The notes: generated by a model not told the origin, from the sequence alone. 62,420 nucleotides of DNA, filler included, from 6 parts of 6 records of this genome joined end to end with filler, not necessarily neighbours in it; one strand, 5' to 3'. Positions 10,315-21,423 are shown, counted from the first letter of the whole stretch. Program-made: numbers and translations.

Positions 10315-10920
10315 ATGGCTTATTATAACGAAGACCAATTATATCGTTTATTTGATAAAGCGATTAATGCGCAAGCAAATGAGCGTATAGAAAAACTAAA
10401 AAACGACATAGGTTTTGCTTATGCTAAACAAATGAAAAAAGTGCGTGCTGATATTACATTGAATGCTAATCTAGCGCTAAATAAAGGTCTTAGAGAACTT
10501 AGCATCGAATATCAAGATAGCATTAATAAAATCGGTGTTGGATATGATGAAACATTGATTAAAAAAAGACAAGAAATGATAGATTATGTTTTTGATGGTG
10601 TTTATAAGAAACTTGATGCATTTATGAATTCAAGTCAATATGAAACACTCATAGAAACAAAAATACAAGATGTCAAAAAAGTCATTGAACAAGATGGGTG
10701 TATTTTTAAAGTTGCTAAGCATGATCAAAAAATTAAGTCGATCATTGCATCATTAGTGACACGTAAACACCAAATAGATATCGATCCAAATATTAGATTT
10801 GGTGGATTTATTGTGTGTATACCCAACCAAAATTTAGAAATCAATCAAACAATTGATATGACATTAGAATCACAAAAGAAATGGTTTTATAAGCATTCAA
10901 AATTGTTTATTAGAGATTAG
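10315..10920 (+). CDS. ntpE: V-type ATPase subunit E
   Basis: Coiled-coil N-terminus, IRFGGFIV..INQTID motif, position between F and A. Confidence 0.8.
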   Translation: MAYYNEDQLYRLFDKAINAQANERIEKLKNDIGFAYAKQMKKVRADITLNANLALNKGLRELSIEYQDSINKIGVGYDETLIKKRQEMIDYVFDGVYKKLDAFMNSSQYETLIETKIQDVKKVIEQDGCIFKVAKHDQKIKSIIASLVTRKHQIDIDPNIRFGGFIVCIPNQNLEINQTIDMTLESQKKWFYKHSKLFIRD

Positions 10921-10928
10921 GAGGCTTT

Positions 10929-12677
10929 ATGAAAAACACAATCTATAGCGTCAATGGACCTGTTGTTACTGTTAAAAATGCAGATGTTTTTCATATGCTG
11001 GAAATGGTATATGTTGGAGAAACAAAACTATTAGGTGAAGTCATCTCCATATCAAAATCTAAAACAACGATTCAGGTATATGAATCAACAACTGGATTAA
11101 AAATAGGAGAACCAGTGTATCCGACCGGAGAACAAATTTCTGCTGTTTTAGGGCCAGGTATTTTAACCAATATTTTTGATGGGATTGAAAGACCTTTAAA
11201 GGATATTGCTAAAAACGAAGGTATATATATTCCGGCAGGTAGTGATGTTGAGTCACTTGATGTATTAAAAAAATGGGATGTAGACATTTTAGTTAAAAAA
11301 GGTGATCAAGTAAAATCCGGAGATGTTTATGCTAAAATTCAAGAAACTTCAATGATTGAGCATCGTTTAATGATTAAACCTAACTTAAATGGTGAAGTGG
11401 TTTCTGTTAAGAAGAATGGCGCATATAAAATTACAGATACTATTGTGACGATTCAAGATGAATTTGATCAAAAACATGAACTTAAATTATTTCAAAAATG
11501 GCCGATTAAAACACCTAGACCTATTGCTAAAAGATTACCCATATCAATTCCTTTAATCAGTGGACAACGTGTTATTGATACATTGTTCCCTATTGCTAAA
11601 GGTGGTACAGCTGCTGTACCTGGTGGCTTTGGTACAGGTAAAACTATGATGCAACACCAGTTTGCAAAATGGTGTGATGCAGATATTATTGTTTATGTAG
11701 GTTGCGGTGAACGCGGTAATGAGATGACGCAAGTTTTAGAAGAATTTAGTGAACTGATTGATCCTCGTACAAATAAACCATTACTAGAAAGAACAGTTTT
11801 AATTGCTAATACTTCTAATATGCCAGTTGCTGCAAGAGAAGCAAGTATTTATACAGGCGTAACCATTGCTGAATATTATCGTGATATGGGCTATGATGTC
11901 GCTGTGATGGCAGATTCTACATCAAGATGGGCTGAAGCACTGCGTGAGATTAGTGGTAGATTAGAAGAAATGCCTGCAGAAGAGGGGTTTCCTGCATATC
12001 TACCTTCAAGAATATCTCAATTCTATGAACGTGCGGGTTATGTCAAAACACTACAAGGTGATGAAGGTTCCGTATCAATTATTGGTGCCGTATCTCCTCA
12101 AGGTGCAGATTTCTCTGAACCAGTTACACAAAATACAAAACGATTTGTTAGAAGTTTTTGGGCATTAGATAAAGAACTTGCTTATGCAAGACACTATGCT
12201 GCAATTAATTGGAATCAATCATATTCTGATTATGTCAGTGATTTATCTTATTGGTATGATCATGAGTTAGGACCTAGATTTTTAGTTGATCGTGGTGAAC
12301 TCATGGCATTACTTGCTGAGGAAACTAAACTTTTAGAAATTGTAAAACTTATTGGGTCGGATGTATTACCTGATGACCAAAAACTTGTGATTGAACTTGG
12401 GAAAGTTATTCGTGAAGGATTCTTGCAACAAAATGCATTTCATCCTGAGGATACTTATGTTCCAATGGAAAAACAAGTGAAGATGATGGACGTGATTCTC
12501 TATCTCTATACAAAAGCAAAAGAATTAATCGAAGAAGGTAGAGATATCGATACACTGATTCAAACACATATTTTTGAAAAAGTAACAAAAATGAAATACG
12601 ATGTAAAAAATAGTGAATTAGAGAAATTTAATCAATACATCGACGAGATAGATCATATTACACAACGCTTAAAATAA
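10929..12677 (+). CDS. ntpA: V-type ATPase catalytic subunit A
   Basis: PGGFGTGKT P-loop, GCGERGNEM, DSTSRWAEALREIS. Confidence 0.97.
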   Translation: MKNTIYSVNGPVVTVKNADVFHMLEMVYVGETKLLGEVISISKSKTTIQVYESTTGLKIGEPVYPTGEQISAVLGPGILTNIFDGIERPLKDIAKNEGIYIPAGSDVESLDVLKKWDVDILVKKGDQVKSGDVYAKIQETSMIEHRLMIKPNLNGEVVSVKKNGAYKITDTIVTIQDEFDQKHELKLFQKWPIKTPRPIAKRLPISIPLISGQRVIDTLFPIAKGGTAAVPGGFGTGKTMMQHQFAKWCDADIIVYVGCGERGNEMTQVLEEFSELIDPRTNKPLLERTVLIANTSNMPVAAREASIYTGVTIAEYYRDMGYDVAVMADSTSRWAEALREISGRLEEMPAEEGFPAYLPSRISQFYERAGYVKTLQGDEGSVSIIGAVSPQGADFSEPVTQNTKRFVRSFWALDKELAYARHYAAINWNQSYSDYVSDLSYWYDHELGPRFLVDRGELMALLAEETKLLEIVKLIGSDVLPDDQKLVIELGKVIREGFLQQNAFHPEDTYVPMEKQVKMMDVILYLYTKAKELIEEGRDIDTLIQTHIFEKVTKMKYDVKNSELEKFNQYIDEIDHITQRLK

Positions 12678-12686
12678 GGAGTCAAT

Positions 12687-14126
12687 ATGAAACTTCAATA
12701 TATTGGACTTGATGAAATCAATGGACCTTTAGTATTCTTAGAGGGTGTTAAAGATGTTGGTTTTGAAGAAATGGTCGAAATACAATTAAATAATGGTACT
12801 TCTAGATTTGGACGTGTTGTTCAAATGGAAGGTGATAAAGTCGCTATCCAAGTATTTGAAGGGACACAAAACATCTCTTTAAAAAATACCAAGTCATCTT
12901 TTACGGGTCATCCTGTAGAAATGGCGTTATCAAAGGAAATATTAGGAAGAACATTTAATGGTTCAGGTCAACCAATTGATCATCTAGGTGAGGTGTTTGT
13001 TGATGAGTTAAGAAACATTAATGGTTATCCTTTAAATCCAGTCATGCGTGTTTATCCTAGAAACTATATCTTGACAGGTGTTTCTAGTATTGATGCACTG
13101 ACTACGTTAATTCGTGGACAAAAATTACCTATATTCTCAGGATCTGGTATGCCACATAATGAACTTGCAGCTCAAATTGTTAAGCAAGCAGAAATCGCTG
13201 ATAAAAAAGGTGATAATTTCTGTGTAGTATTTGCAGCCATGGGTGTTAAAAATGATGTTGCAGAATATTTTAAGCGTCAATTTGCAGAAGCAGGCGTCAT
13301 GCATAAAGTTGTGATGTTTGTCAATTTATCAAATGAACCAATTATCGAACGTATCCTTACACCAAGATTTGCACTTACCGCTGCAGAATACTTAGCTTTT
13401 AAACATGATATGCATGTTTTAACCATCTTAACTGATATGACTTCATATTGTGAAGCTTTAAGAGAGTTTTCAAGTAGTAAGGGTGAAATTCCGGGGCGTA
13501 AGGGTTATCCTGGATATCTGTACTCTGATCTTGCTTCTTTATATGAAAGAGCAGGTATTGTTAAGGGTGCAAAAGGATCAGTGACACAAATTCCAATCTT
13601 AACGATGCCAAATGATGATATTACACATCCGGTACCGGATTTAACAGGTTATATCACAGAAGGGCAAGTTGTTTTAAGTCGTGATTTAAAACAAGTGGGT
13701 ATCTATCCACCTGTTGGCATTTTACCATCATTATCAAGACTGATGAAAGATGGTATTGGCGAAGGTTATACAAGAGATGATCACAAAACAGTTAGTAATC
13801 AGTTGTTTGCATCATATGCACAAGTACAAGATGCAAGATCTTTAGCATCAGTAATTGGTGAAGATGAATTAACACCAACTGATAAACGCTATATTGAGTT
13901 TGGTCGTTTATTTGAAAAATACTTTTTAAATCAAGGCTTTGATACTAAGCGTGAAATGATAGAAACACTTGATTTAGGATGGGATCTTTTATCCATTCTT
14001 CCAAAGGAATCACTCAATCGAGTTGATGATGATACACTAAAAAAATATTACAATCATGATCGTGCTGTGCAAAGATTTCATATCGTTAAAAAACCAATTA
14101 TTAGAGAACTTAAAGGAGATGATTAA
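12687..14126 (+). CDS. ntpB: V-type ATPase subunit B
   Basis: [41 protein letters not shown]. Confidence 0.97.
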   Translation: MKLQYIGLDEINGPLVFLEGVKDVGFEEMVEIQLNNGTSRFGRVVQMEGDKVAIQVFEGTQNISLKNTKSSFTGHPVEMALSKEILGRTFNGSGQPIDHLGEVFVDELRNINGYPLNPVMRVYPRNYILTGVSSIDALTTLIRGQKLPIFSGSGMPHNELAAQIVKQAEIADKKGDNFCVVFAAMGVKNDVAEYFKRQFAEAGVMHKVVMFVNLSNEPIIERILTPRFALTAAEYLAFKHDMHVLTILTDMTSYCEALREFSSSKGEIPGRKGYPGYLYSDLASLYERAGIVKGAKGSVTQIPILTMPNDDITHPVPDLTGYITEGQVVLSRDLKQVGIYPPVGILPSLSRLMKDGIGEGYTRDDHKTVSNQLFASYAQVQDARSLASVIGEDELTPTDKRYIEFGRLFEKYFLNQGFDTKREMIETLDLGWDLLSILPKESLNRVDDDTLKKYYNHDRAVQRFHIVKKPIIRELKGDD

Positions 14127-14128
14127 GA

Positions 14129-14740
14129 TTGTCTCAACAAGTCTTTCCTACTAAGGGTAACTTAATGGCGATCACAAAGTCTTATCAACTTGCAAAAAAA
14201 GGTTTTGAACTGATGGATCGCAAAAGAAATATATTGATTCAAGAAATGATGGCATTGCTTGATGATGTACATTATTTAAGAGAAGAACTATCAAAAACTT
14301 ATATGCAAGCATATCGTGCACTCCAAGAGGCTAATATTACACTTGGTATTGTCAGTGATATTGCAAAATCTATTCCCATCGATGATACCATAGACATTGA
14401 GTATCGCTCAGTGATGGGTGTCAGTATTCCTAAAGTTAAACATCACGCGACACCAGTGAGAGTACGTTATGGATTAGGTGCAACAAATACTAAATTTGAC
14501 TATGCATATAAAACATTTCAAAAAGTTAGATCATTGACAGTTAAACTTGCAGAAGTTGATAATGCAACTTATCGTTTAGCCAATGCAATTAGAAAAGCTC
14601 AAAAAAGAGCGAATGCACTTGAGAATGTTGTACTACCTAGATTTCAAAAAAATATCAAATATATTACAGATGCACTAGAAGAAAAAGAACGTGAAGCATT
14701 CACAAGACAAAAAGTGATTAAAAGACAAAAAGATATCTAA
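14129..14740 (+). CDS. ntpD: V-type ATPase subunit D
   Basis: PTKGNL, GFELMDRKR, KRANALE; TTG start after GGAG. Confidence 0.95.
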   Translation: MSQQVFPTKGNLMAITKSYQLAKKGFELMDRKRNILIQEMMALLDDVHYLREELSKTYMQAYRALQEANITLGIVSDIAKSIPIDDTIDIEYRSVMGVSIPKVKHHATPVRVRYGLGATNTKFDYAYKTFQKVRSLTVKLAEVDNATYRLANAIRKAQKRANALENVVLPRFQKNIKYITDALEEKEREAFTRQKVIKRQKDI

Positions 14741-14839
14741 AAATGATATGTTTTGTCTTTTTTTTATAAATATTTTGTAAATATATGTTTAACCAAAAAA
14801 ATTCATGTTATGTTATACATGAACACTTAAATTGAAAGA

Positions 14840-15298
14840 ATGGTTAAAGATATGATAAAAGTATTATTTGTTTGTGTACACAACAGTGCACGTAGTCAAA
14901 TGGGAGAAACTTATCTCAATGATTTAGGTAGTGATTTATTTATTGCAGAAAGTGCTGGCATAGAAAAAGGTAGTCTTAATCCATATGTGGTTAAAGCAAT
15001 GGCACAAGATGGTTATGATATAAGTAGCAATGAGACTAATTCCGTCTTTGATTTCTTTAAAGAAGGTAGAAGTTATACATTTGTGATTAAGGTTTGTGAT
15101 GAAATACATGGTCAAAAATGTCCTGTATTCCCACATGCTGTTAAACAGTTTTACTGGAATATGGAAGATACATCAAACTTCACTGGAAGCGAAGATGAGA
15201 TACTTGCAAAAACGATTGAAGTTAGAGATAAAATTAAAGCTCGAGTCATTGCGTTTATTGATACGTATAAAGACTTTGCGATATCACGAAAAGATTAA
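14840..15298 (+). CDS. arsC: Arsenate reductase, LMW-PTP fold
   Basis: CVHNSARSQM P-loop; further Cys in VCD..CP. Confidence 0.88.
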   Translation: MVKDMIKVLFVCVHNSARSQMGETYLNDLGSDLFIAESAGIEKGSLNPYVVKAMAQDGYDISSNETNSVFDFFKEGRSYTFVIKVCDEIHGQKCPVFPHAVKQFYWNMEDTSNFTGSEDEILAKTIEVRDKIKARVIAFIDTYKDFAISRKD

Positions 15299-15299
15299 T

Positions 15300-15326
15300 A
15301 AAAAACGCCATTATTTGGCGTTTTTC
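15300..15326. terminator. Bidirectional terminator between convergent arsC and yidD
   Basis: AAAAACGCCA-TTATT-TGGCGTTTTT. Confidence 0.7.
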
Positions 15327-15556
15327 TTTATCTTGATTTTCTTTTCTGGTACTGGATCATATTTAGGTTTAAACAAAGGATTACATGTTAATATCCTTTT
15401 GGTCGTTAATAAAGAAGCTTTGAAAAAATTGAATCTTTCATAAGCAGTCACTGCATAATGGCTACATGTAGGTTTATGTCTACATTTGTGGTTACTATGC
15501 GGCGATATTTCTTTCTGATACCATTTTATCATTTTAATAGGTAATTTATTCATCAT
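15311..15556 (-). CDS. yidD: Membrane protein insertion efficiency factor
   Basis: YQKEISP..CRHKPTCSHYA..RILTCNP..YDPVP. Confidence 0.93.
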   Translation of the reverse strand: MMNKLPIKMIKWYQKEISPHSNHKCRHKPTCSHYAVTAYERFNFFKASLLTTKRILTCNPLFKPKYDPVPEKKIKIKKNAK

Positions 15557-15691
15557 CTCACCACCTATTATTATAACATAAAAATAAGTGGCATATGAAA
15601 ATATGTAAATCTACGTTTTTCATGCGAAATCGTTAAAAAAAAGTGATATAATATAAGTATAGATAATGAAAACGATTACAGGAGGTTGTAG

Positions 15692-17749
15692 ATGAAAGCA
15701 TATGATACGAAAGCAATACGCAATATAGCCATATTAGGACATCTTGGTTCTGGCAAAACAAGTATGACTGAAGCATTGCTTTTTATCTCAAAAGCCATCG
15801 ACAAAAAAGGTATTGTCGAAAAAAAGAATACTGTTTCTGATTTTATGATTGAAGAACAAAACAAACTGACAAGTTTAACACTAAGTGTGATTCCTGTTGA
15901 ATGGAAGAACTACAAACTAAATTTTATTGATGTACCTGGTAGTGAAGAGTTTGTTGGAGATTTCATGGAAACCCTTGATGTTGTAAAAGGGGCAATTATT
16001 CTAATTGATGCAGCTAAAGGTGTTGAGGTAGGCACTGAACGTGTTTGGAAAGAAATTAGAAAAAGACATATCCCAGCTGTTTTATTTGTGAATAAAATGG
16101 ATAAGGATAATGTTAAATTTGAACAAGTATTAGAAGAAATTAGAGAAAAACTAGGTAAAAAAGCTGTACCTTTCTGTTGGCCAATTGGGCATCATGAAGA
16201 TTTTGAAGGTTTTGTCAATGTTGTTGATATGAAGGCTAGAATTTATGATGGCAATCAATGTCGTGATGATGAGATTTGGGAAGAGAAAAAACCTAAAATC
16301 GATGAACTTCATACATTAATTGTAGAAAGTGTAGCAGAAACAAAAGAAGAATTGTTAGATTTATATTTATCGGGTGAAGAGATACCACAAGAAACGATTC
16401 ATGAATCATTAAAACAAGGTATATTAGATGGCGAACTAACACCTGTTTTAGTCGGAAGTGTATTAAAAGATATTGGTATTGAATCATTATTAAATATGTT
16501 AATTGATTACCTACCTGCTCCAGATGAATTAAGACCTTTAAAAGCTAAAGATCTTAAAACTGAAGCTGAAGTAGAAAGATTAACTCATGATGACGAACCA
16601 TTTTCTGCATATGTGTTTAAAACATTAGTTGATCCATTTTTAGGCACAGTCAATTTGTTAAAAATAAATTCTGGCACACTTAAGGTTGGACAAGAAGTTT
16701 ATGTGAATGTTTTGGGAGAAACAAGAAAACTTATGAATTTATTTGCTTTAAGAGGCAAGCAACAAATTGATGAAAATGAATTTCATGCAGGGGATATTGC
16801 GGCAATCGCTAAAGCTGATGGTATTGAAACTGGTCAAACTCTTTCTGATCCAAAAGAACCTATTGCTTATGAGCCAGAACCAATACCAACGCCAATCATA
16901 TTTATCGCAGTTCATCCCAAAAATAAAAATGATGAAGATAAAATATCCATGGCACTGCATCGTATTAATGTCGAAGATCCTACATTTAAAATTGTGCGTA
17001 ATAAAGAAACAGCACAACTATTATTAGGTGGGCAAGGTCTAACGCATCTTCATTATGTACTTGATCGTATGAAAACGATGTTTAAAGTTGATGTTGATAT
17101 AGAAGATCAAAAAATTGTTTATCGTGAAACAATTAAGAAAAAAGTTGAAGCTGAAGGAAAACATAAGAAACAATCAGGTGGTGCTGGACAGTTTGGTCAT
17201 GTGTGGATTCGATTTGAACCATCAAATGAAACATTTGAATTTTCAGAAGAAGTATTTGGTGGTGCAGTTCCTAGAAACTATTTCCCTGCTGTTGAAAAAG
17301 GCTTAATTGAAACATTTGAACATGGACCACTTGCAGGTTTCCCAGTGATTAATGTTAAAGCAACTCTATATGATGGTTCCTATCATCCAGTAGATTCTAA
17401 TGAATTGTCATTTAAAATGGCGGCACATCTTGCGTTTAAAGAAGCTGTGAACACATGTGAACCAACCATTTTAGAGCCTATTGTTAAAATTGATGTCACT
17501 GTAAAAGACCAATTTGTTGGTGATGTCATGGGAGATATGAATAAACGCCGTGGCCGCGTTATCGGTATGCATCAAACCGATGGCTATCAAGTCATTGAAG
17601 CTGAAGCACCAGAAGCAGAAATTATTTCTTATGCCATTGATCTAAAAGCAATGACACAAGGTAGTGGCTCATTTACAAGATCATTTATTAGATATGACGA
17701 AGTTCCGGTATACCTAATTGATAAAGTCGTAGAAGCTTATAAAAAGTAA
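15692..17749 (+). CDS. fusA: Elongation factor G paralogue (EF-G II-like)
   Basis: GHLGSGKT, DVPG, NKMD, KQSGGAGQFG, DGSYHPVDS; outside the str operon. Confidence 0.93.
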   Translation: MKAYDTKAIRNIAILGHLGSGKTSMTEALLFISKAIDKKGIVEKKNTVSDFMIEEQNKLTSLTLSVIPVEWKNYKLNFIDVPGSEEFVGDFMETLDVVKGAIILIDAAKGVEVGTERVWKEIRKRHIPAVLFVNKMDKDNVKFEQVLEEIREKLGKKAVPFCWPIGHHEDFEGFVNVVDMKARIYDGNQCRDDEIWEEKKPKIDELHTLIVESVAETKEELLDLYLSGEEIPQETIHESLKQGILDGELTPVLVGSVLKDIGIESLLNMLIDYLPAPDELRPLKAKDLKTEAEVERLTHDDEPFSAYVFKTLVDPFLGTVNLLKINSGTLKVGQEVYVNVLGETRKLMNLFALRGKQQIDENEFHAGDIAAIAKADGIETGQTLSDPKEPIAYEPEPIPTPIIFIAVHPKNKNDEDKISMALHRINVEDPTFKIVRNKETAQLLLGGQGLTHLHYVLDRMKTMFKVDVDIEDQKIVYRETIKKKVEAEGKHKKQSGGAGQFGHVWIRFEPSNETFEFSEEVFGGAVPRNYFPAVEKGLIETFEHGPLAGFPVINVKATLYDGSYHPVDSNELSFKMAAHLAFKEAVNTCEPTILEPIVKIDVTVKDQFVGDVMGDMNKRRGRVIGMHQTDGYQVIEAEAPEAEIISYAIDLKAMTQGSGSFTRSFIRYDEVPVYLIDKVVEAYKK

Positions 17750-17757
17750 AATCACAA

Positions 17758-17788
17758 AAAGCCCTCTAATATCAATTAGGTGGGCTTT
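17758..17788 (+). terminator. Probable terminator hairpin
   Basis: AAAGCCC-TCTAAT...ATTAGGT-GGGCTTT imperfect stem. Confidence 0.55.
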
Positions 17789-17789
17789 T

Positions 17790-18149
17790 ATGATTTGTTA
17801 TATTTGTAAAAAGAAGATTGTGACACAAATAAGACTGTATAATTTGTTTAAAAAAGAAACACATCACATCTGTGATAGATGCTTGATGTTATACCCCATT
17901 GATATCAATTATCAAGTGATACCCAATCAATCAAATGTGATTGAATGGTATAGCATGATATCAGAAGAAACTGTGTTAGATCCAATGGCGTATATGTCAT
18001 TCATAAAACCATTTTATATCGATTTTTTACCGATTAAATCACAAGCAATATTATTGTATTTGGATGTAATCAGTGATAAACTGATTAACATATTAACATC
18101 ACTAGAGTGGCATATTTATCTTGTTACACTCTATGATGAAATTAAATAA
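17790..18149 (+). CDS. Zinc-ribbon protein resembling ComFC N-terminus
   Basis: CYIC...ICDRC double CxxC; directly upstream of hpf. Confidence 0.55.
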   Translation: MICYICKKKIVTQIRLYNLFKKETHHICDRCLMLYPIDINYQVIPNQSNVIEWYSMISEETVLDPMAYMSFIKPFYIDFLPIKSQAILLYLDVISDKLINILTSLEWHIYLVTLYDEIK

Positions 18150-18163
18150 AAAGGAGTATGCTT

Positions 18164-18232
18164 ATGTTATTTGAAGTATTAGGAAAAAATGGGTTTCAAC
18201 CCACAAAAGCTATCAAGGATTATGCAGAAAAA
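18164..18232 (+). CDS. hpf: Ribosome hibernation factor HPF/RaiA, N-terminal fragment
   Basis: MLFEVLGKNGFQPTKAIKDYAE resembles the HPF N-terminus; AAGGAG RBS; cut by contig end. Confidence 0.75.
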
Positions 18233-18332
18233 NNNNNNNNNNNNNNNNNNNNNNNNNNNNNNNNNNNNNNNNNNNNTTAATTAATTAANNNNNNNNNNNN
18301 NNNNNNNNNNNNNNNNNNNNNNNNNNNNNNNN
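18233..18332. other. Artificial contig linker
   Basis: N44-TTAATTAATTAA-N44 (stops in all six frames). Confidence 0.99.
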
Positions 18333-21188
18333 TGGTATCGAACTTCAAAAAACGAACAGGCAAATGCTGGCCGCGATGAGGATGGGCCGCACTGTAAAAA
18401 TGCAGGTAACAATGCATACCTCGAAATTTTGCCCGATACCCGTGTAACACATGGCGACAAGTTGGTAAACAGCGAAAGTTTTAGCAATGTTGCCGGCGAA
18501 ATGGCTGTTTTGCACTATAAGGTAAAATTTAACAATCCGGGCCGCTATTATGTTTGGGTACGTGCACACAGTACCGGTAGCGAAGACAATGGAATTCATG
18601 TTGGATTAGATGGCAATTGGCCCGAAACCGGTGCCCGATTGCAATGGTGCGAAGGGAAAAATACCTGGCGCTGGGAAAGTAAACAACGTACCGCAAAAGT
18701 GCACTGTGGAGAACCTTATCTAATTTATTTAGATATTGAAAAAGCCGGAGAGCACGAAATTACTTTCAGTATGCGTGAAGATGGTTTTGAATTCGATCGT
18801 TTCCTGCTAACTAATGAAAAAGAATACGTGCCTGAAGGTGTTGGCCCACAAGTAAAAGTGGCAACCGGGAAATTGCCCGAACCTTACGCAGTTGTTGCAG
18901 AAAATCCTGCAAGTAAAAAATCGTATTTATATGCTGTTGAAACCAGTGTTAAAGGTTTAAAATTAATGAAGGCCTCTTCGTTTCCGGTTGATGGAACTAA
19001 TTTTTATATAGATAAAGATGGAAAATGGCTGGCAATCAATCCCAATGAACACAAGAAAGCAACAACAACCGCCGAATTTAATGGTAAAGACGGGGCCTGG
19101 GATGTTTTGTTCCTGGGAGTTGGCGAAAACGACGGGAATTCGAAATACACTGTTTCGGTTAACGATAAAGAAATTGGCGTTTTTCAATGTCCGCCAAGTA
19201 AAAATTCCTTTGAAGAAGGCAAAAAGTACATCAACCTTTTCGGAAATATTGAGCTGAAAAAAGGCGATAAAATTACAGTTACCTCAGAAGTTGGAAGTAA
19301 CGACGGAAATGAATTCAGTCGTGGACGCTGGGGAGGAATTGCCTTTGCACCTGTTGGTCAGGGAGCCACTGCTTTAGAAGCTATTGGCGATGCCAAAACA
19401 GTGGCAAATGTGGGCCCAATGGCGAATAAAGAAGTTAAACTCGATAATGTAATTCCTGAAATTACAGGCGAACTAAAGAAGTGGCACAAAGTAACATTAA
19501 CGTTCGATGGGCCGGAAACTTCGGAAGATGCAAAAGTGAATCCGTTTATGCAGTATCGTTTTAATGTGGTATTTACGCATAAGGCAACAGGAAAATCGTA
19601 CAAAGTGCCGGGTTATTTTGCTGCCGATGGAAACGCCGGCGAGACTTCTGCAATAGCTGGTAATAAATGGCGTGTAAATTTTGCTCCAAACCAAACAGGG
19701 GAGTGGAGTTACAATGTTGATTTTAGGAAAGGAAATTTTGCAGCAATTGCATATAAGGAGAAAAAAGGACAGAGCGGTGGTTTTATGGATACTTCGGAAG
19801 GAAGTTTTACTATTAAAGCTTCGGACAAAACAGGTAACGATAACCGTGCTTTAGGATTGTTACAATACGATGGCACTCGTTATTTAAAATATACAGAGAC
19901 GGGAAAACCAATGTTTAAAGTTGGACCGGATGCTCCCGAGAATTTCCTCGCTTACAACGAGTTCGACGGGAATTTCCAAAATGATGGACATAAAGACAAG
20001 TTGGTAAAAACGTGGGAAGCGCATATTAAAGACTGGAAAGAGGGCGATCCAACCTGGCAAAACGGAAAAGGAAAAGCAATGATTGGCGCCATAAATTATT
20101 TGGCATCTAAAGGATTAAATGTCTTCTCATTCCTGACGAATAATATTGCCGGCGACGACCAAAATGTATTTCCATACGTTGATTACGATACATTCGACCG
20201 TTTCGATTGCTCGAAGCTCGACCAGTGGGAAGTGGTTTTCGAACATGCCGATGAATTGGGAATGTTCCTGCATTTTAAAACACTGGAGTTTGAAAATCAG
20301 GGATTATTAGACAACGGTGCAATTGGAGCAAATACAAAACTTTATTATCGCGAATTAATTGCACGTTTTGGTCATCACCTGGCCTTAAACTGGAATATTG
20401 GCGAAGAAATTGGTGACTGGGCAAATCCACCAACAGCGCCAATGGAAACTGCTCAGCGTAAAGCGGCTGCCGAATATTTGAATGAACACGATCCGTATCA
20501 TCATCACATTGTAATTCATAACGGAATGCCTTTCTACGATATTTTGGGTGATACTGATTATACAGGTATTTCTTTACAAACGAATAAAGCCGATTTTAGC
20601 CGCGTACACAGCCAGGTACTACACTGGCTCAACGAATCTGAAAAAGCCGGGAAACAGTGGGCTGTTGCTTGCGATGAGCCGGGTGATGCCCAACACTCGC
20701 TGGTACCTGATGCTGAAGACCCAAATCACGATAATGCCCGTATTAATGGATTGTGGGGAACATTTATGGCCGGTGGCTGGGGAACCGAATGGTATTTTGG
20801 TTATAAACATTCCCATTCCGATTTAACCTGCCAGGATTTCCGTTCGCGCGACTTGTTTTGGAACCAGTGTAAATATGTGCGCGACTTTTTCGAAGGAAAC
20901 AAAATTCCGGTTTGTACTACTAAAAACCACGATGAGTTGGTTGCAGAAGGCGACTACTGTTTGGCAAATCCGGGAGAATTGTATATTGTTTTCTTGCGCA
21001 GCGGAAAAGGGACTCTAAACCTTGAAAATGTTGCCGGCGAGTTTTCTGTTCAGTGGTTCGATCCTCGAAACGGAGGAGAACTTCAGAAAGGAAAAGTAAA
21101 AAAAGTGAAAGGTGGAAAAGTTCAGGAATTATCCGGTGCACCTTCTGAGCCTGGCAAAGATTGGGTGGTTTTGTTGAAGAAAAAATAA
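18333..21188 (+). CDS. Multidomain DUF5060-type glycan-active protein (5'-truncated)
   Basis: Frame open to contig edge; CBM-like N-terminal modules (MREDGFEFDRF), WHKVTLTFDGP..VPGYFAADG, LNWNIGEE, C-terminal WFDPRNG..DWVVLL module. Confidence 0.75.
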   Translation, partial: WYRTSKNEQANAGRDEDGPHCKNAGNNAYLEILPDTRVTHGDKLVNSESFSNVAGEMAVLHYKVKFNNPGRYYVWVRAHSTGSEDNGIHVGLDGNWPETGARLQWCEGKNTWRWESKQRTAKVHCGEPYLIYLDIEKAGEHEITFSMREDGFEFDRFLLTNEKEYVPEGVGPQVKVATGKLPEPYAVVAENPASKKSYLYAVETSVKGLKLMKASSFPVDGTNFYIDKDGKWLAINPNEHKKATTTAEFNGKDGAWDVLFLGVGENDGNSKYTVSVNDKEIGVFQCPPSKNSFEEGKKYINLFGNIELKKGDKITVTSEVGSNDGNEFSRGRWGGIAFAPVGQGATALEAIGDAKTVANVGPMANKEVKLDNVIPEITGELKKWHKVTLTFDGPETSEDAKVNPFMQYRFNVVFTHKATGKSYKVPGYFAADGNAGETSAIAGNKWRVNFAPNQTGEWSYNVDFRKGNFAAIAYKEKKGQSGGFMDTSEGSFTIKASDKTGNDNRALGLLQYDGTRYLKYTETGKPMFKVGPDAPENFLAYNEFDGNFQNDGHKDKLVKTWEAHIKDWKEGDPTWQNGKGKAMIGAINYLASKGLNVFSFLTNNIAGDDQNVFPYVDYDTFDRFDCSKLDQWEVVFEHADELGMFLHFKTLEFENQGLLDNGAIGANTKLYYRELIARFGHHLALNWNIGEEIGDWANPPTAPMETAQRKAAAEYLNEHDPYHHHIVIHNGMPFYDILGDTDYTGISLQTNKADFSRVHSQVLHWLNESEKAGKQWAVACDEPGDAQHSLVPDAEDPNHDNARINGLWGTFMAGGWGTEWYFGYKHSHSDLTCQDFRSRDLFWNQCKYVRDFFEGNKIPVCTTKNHDELVAEGDYCLANPGELYIVFLRSGKGTLNLENVAGEFSVQWFDPRNGGELQKGKVKKVKGGKVQELSGAPSEPGKDWVVLLKKK

Positions 21189-21209
21189 ATAAGTTTTACT
21201 GATATTAGT

Positions 21210-21242
21210 GAGAGTTGCAATTTATATTGCAACTCTTTTTTT
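21210..21242 (+). terminator. Intrinsic terminator
   Basis: AGAGTTGCAAT/ATTGCAACTCT stem plus T-tract. Confidence 0.8.
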
Positions 21243-21423
21243 GGCTTATACTAAAATATTGTTCAGTGTAATGTGTTGTGAATTAATACAGTAATTAGTA
21301 ACTTGTATAATAGTAATTTACAAACAGCATAAAATCTCCGTTTTTTAAGTTCGTGTTTAAATCAGGTGCCCGTAGAATAAAGAATTGAAATAAGCGAATT
21401 ATTAAATCTTAAAAACTGGTATC

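Noticed and set aside
1-18232. Possible genetic code 4 (TGA=Trp) in a Mollicutes-like contig
   Set aside because: Long ORFs are intact under code 11, conserved Trp residues use TGG, and TGA ends genes at 598 and 10306
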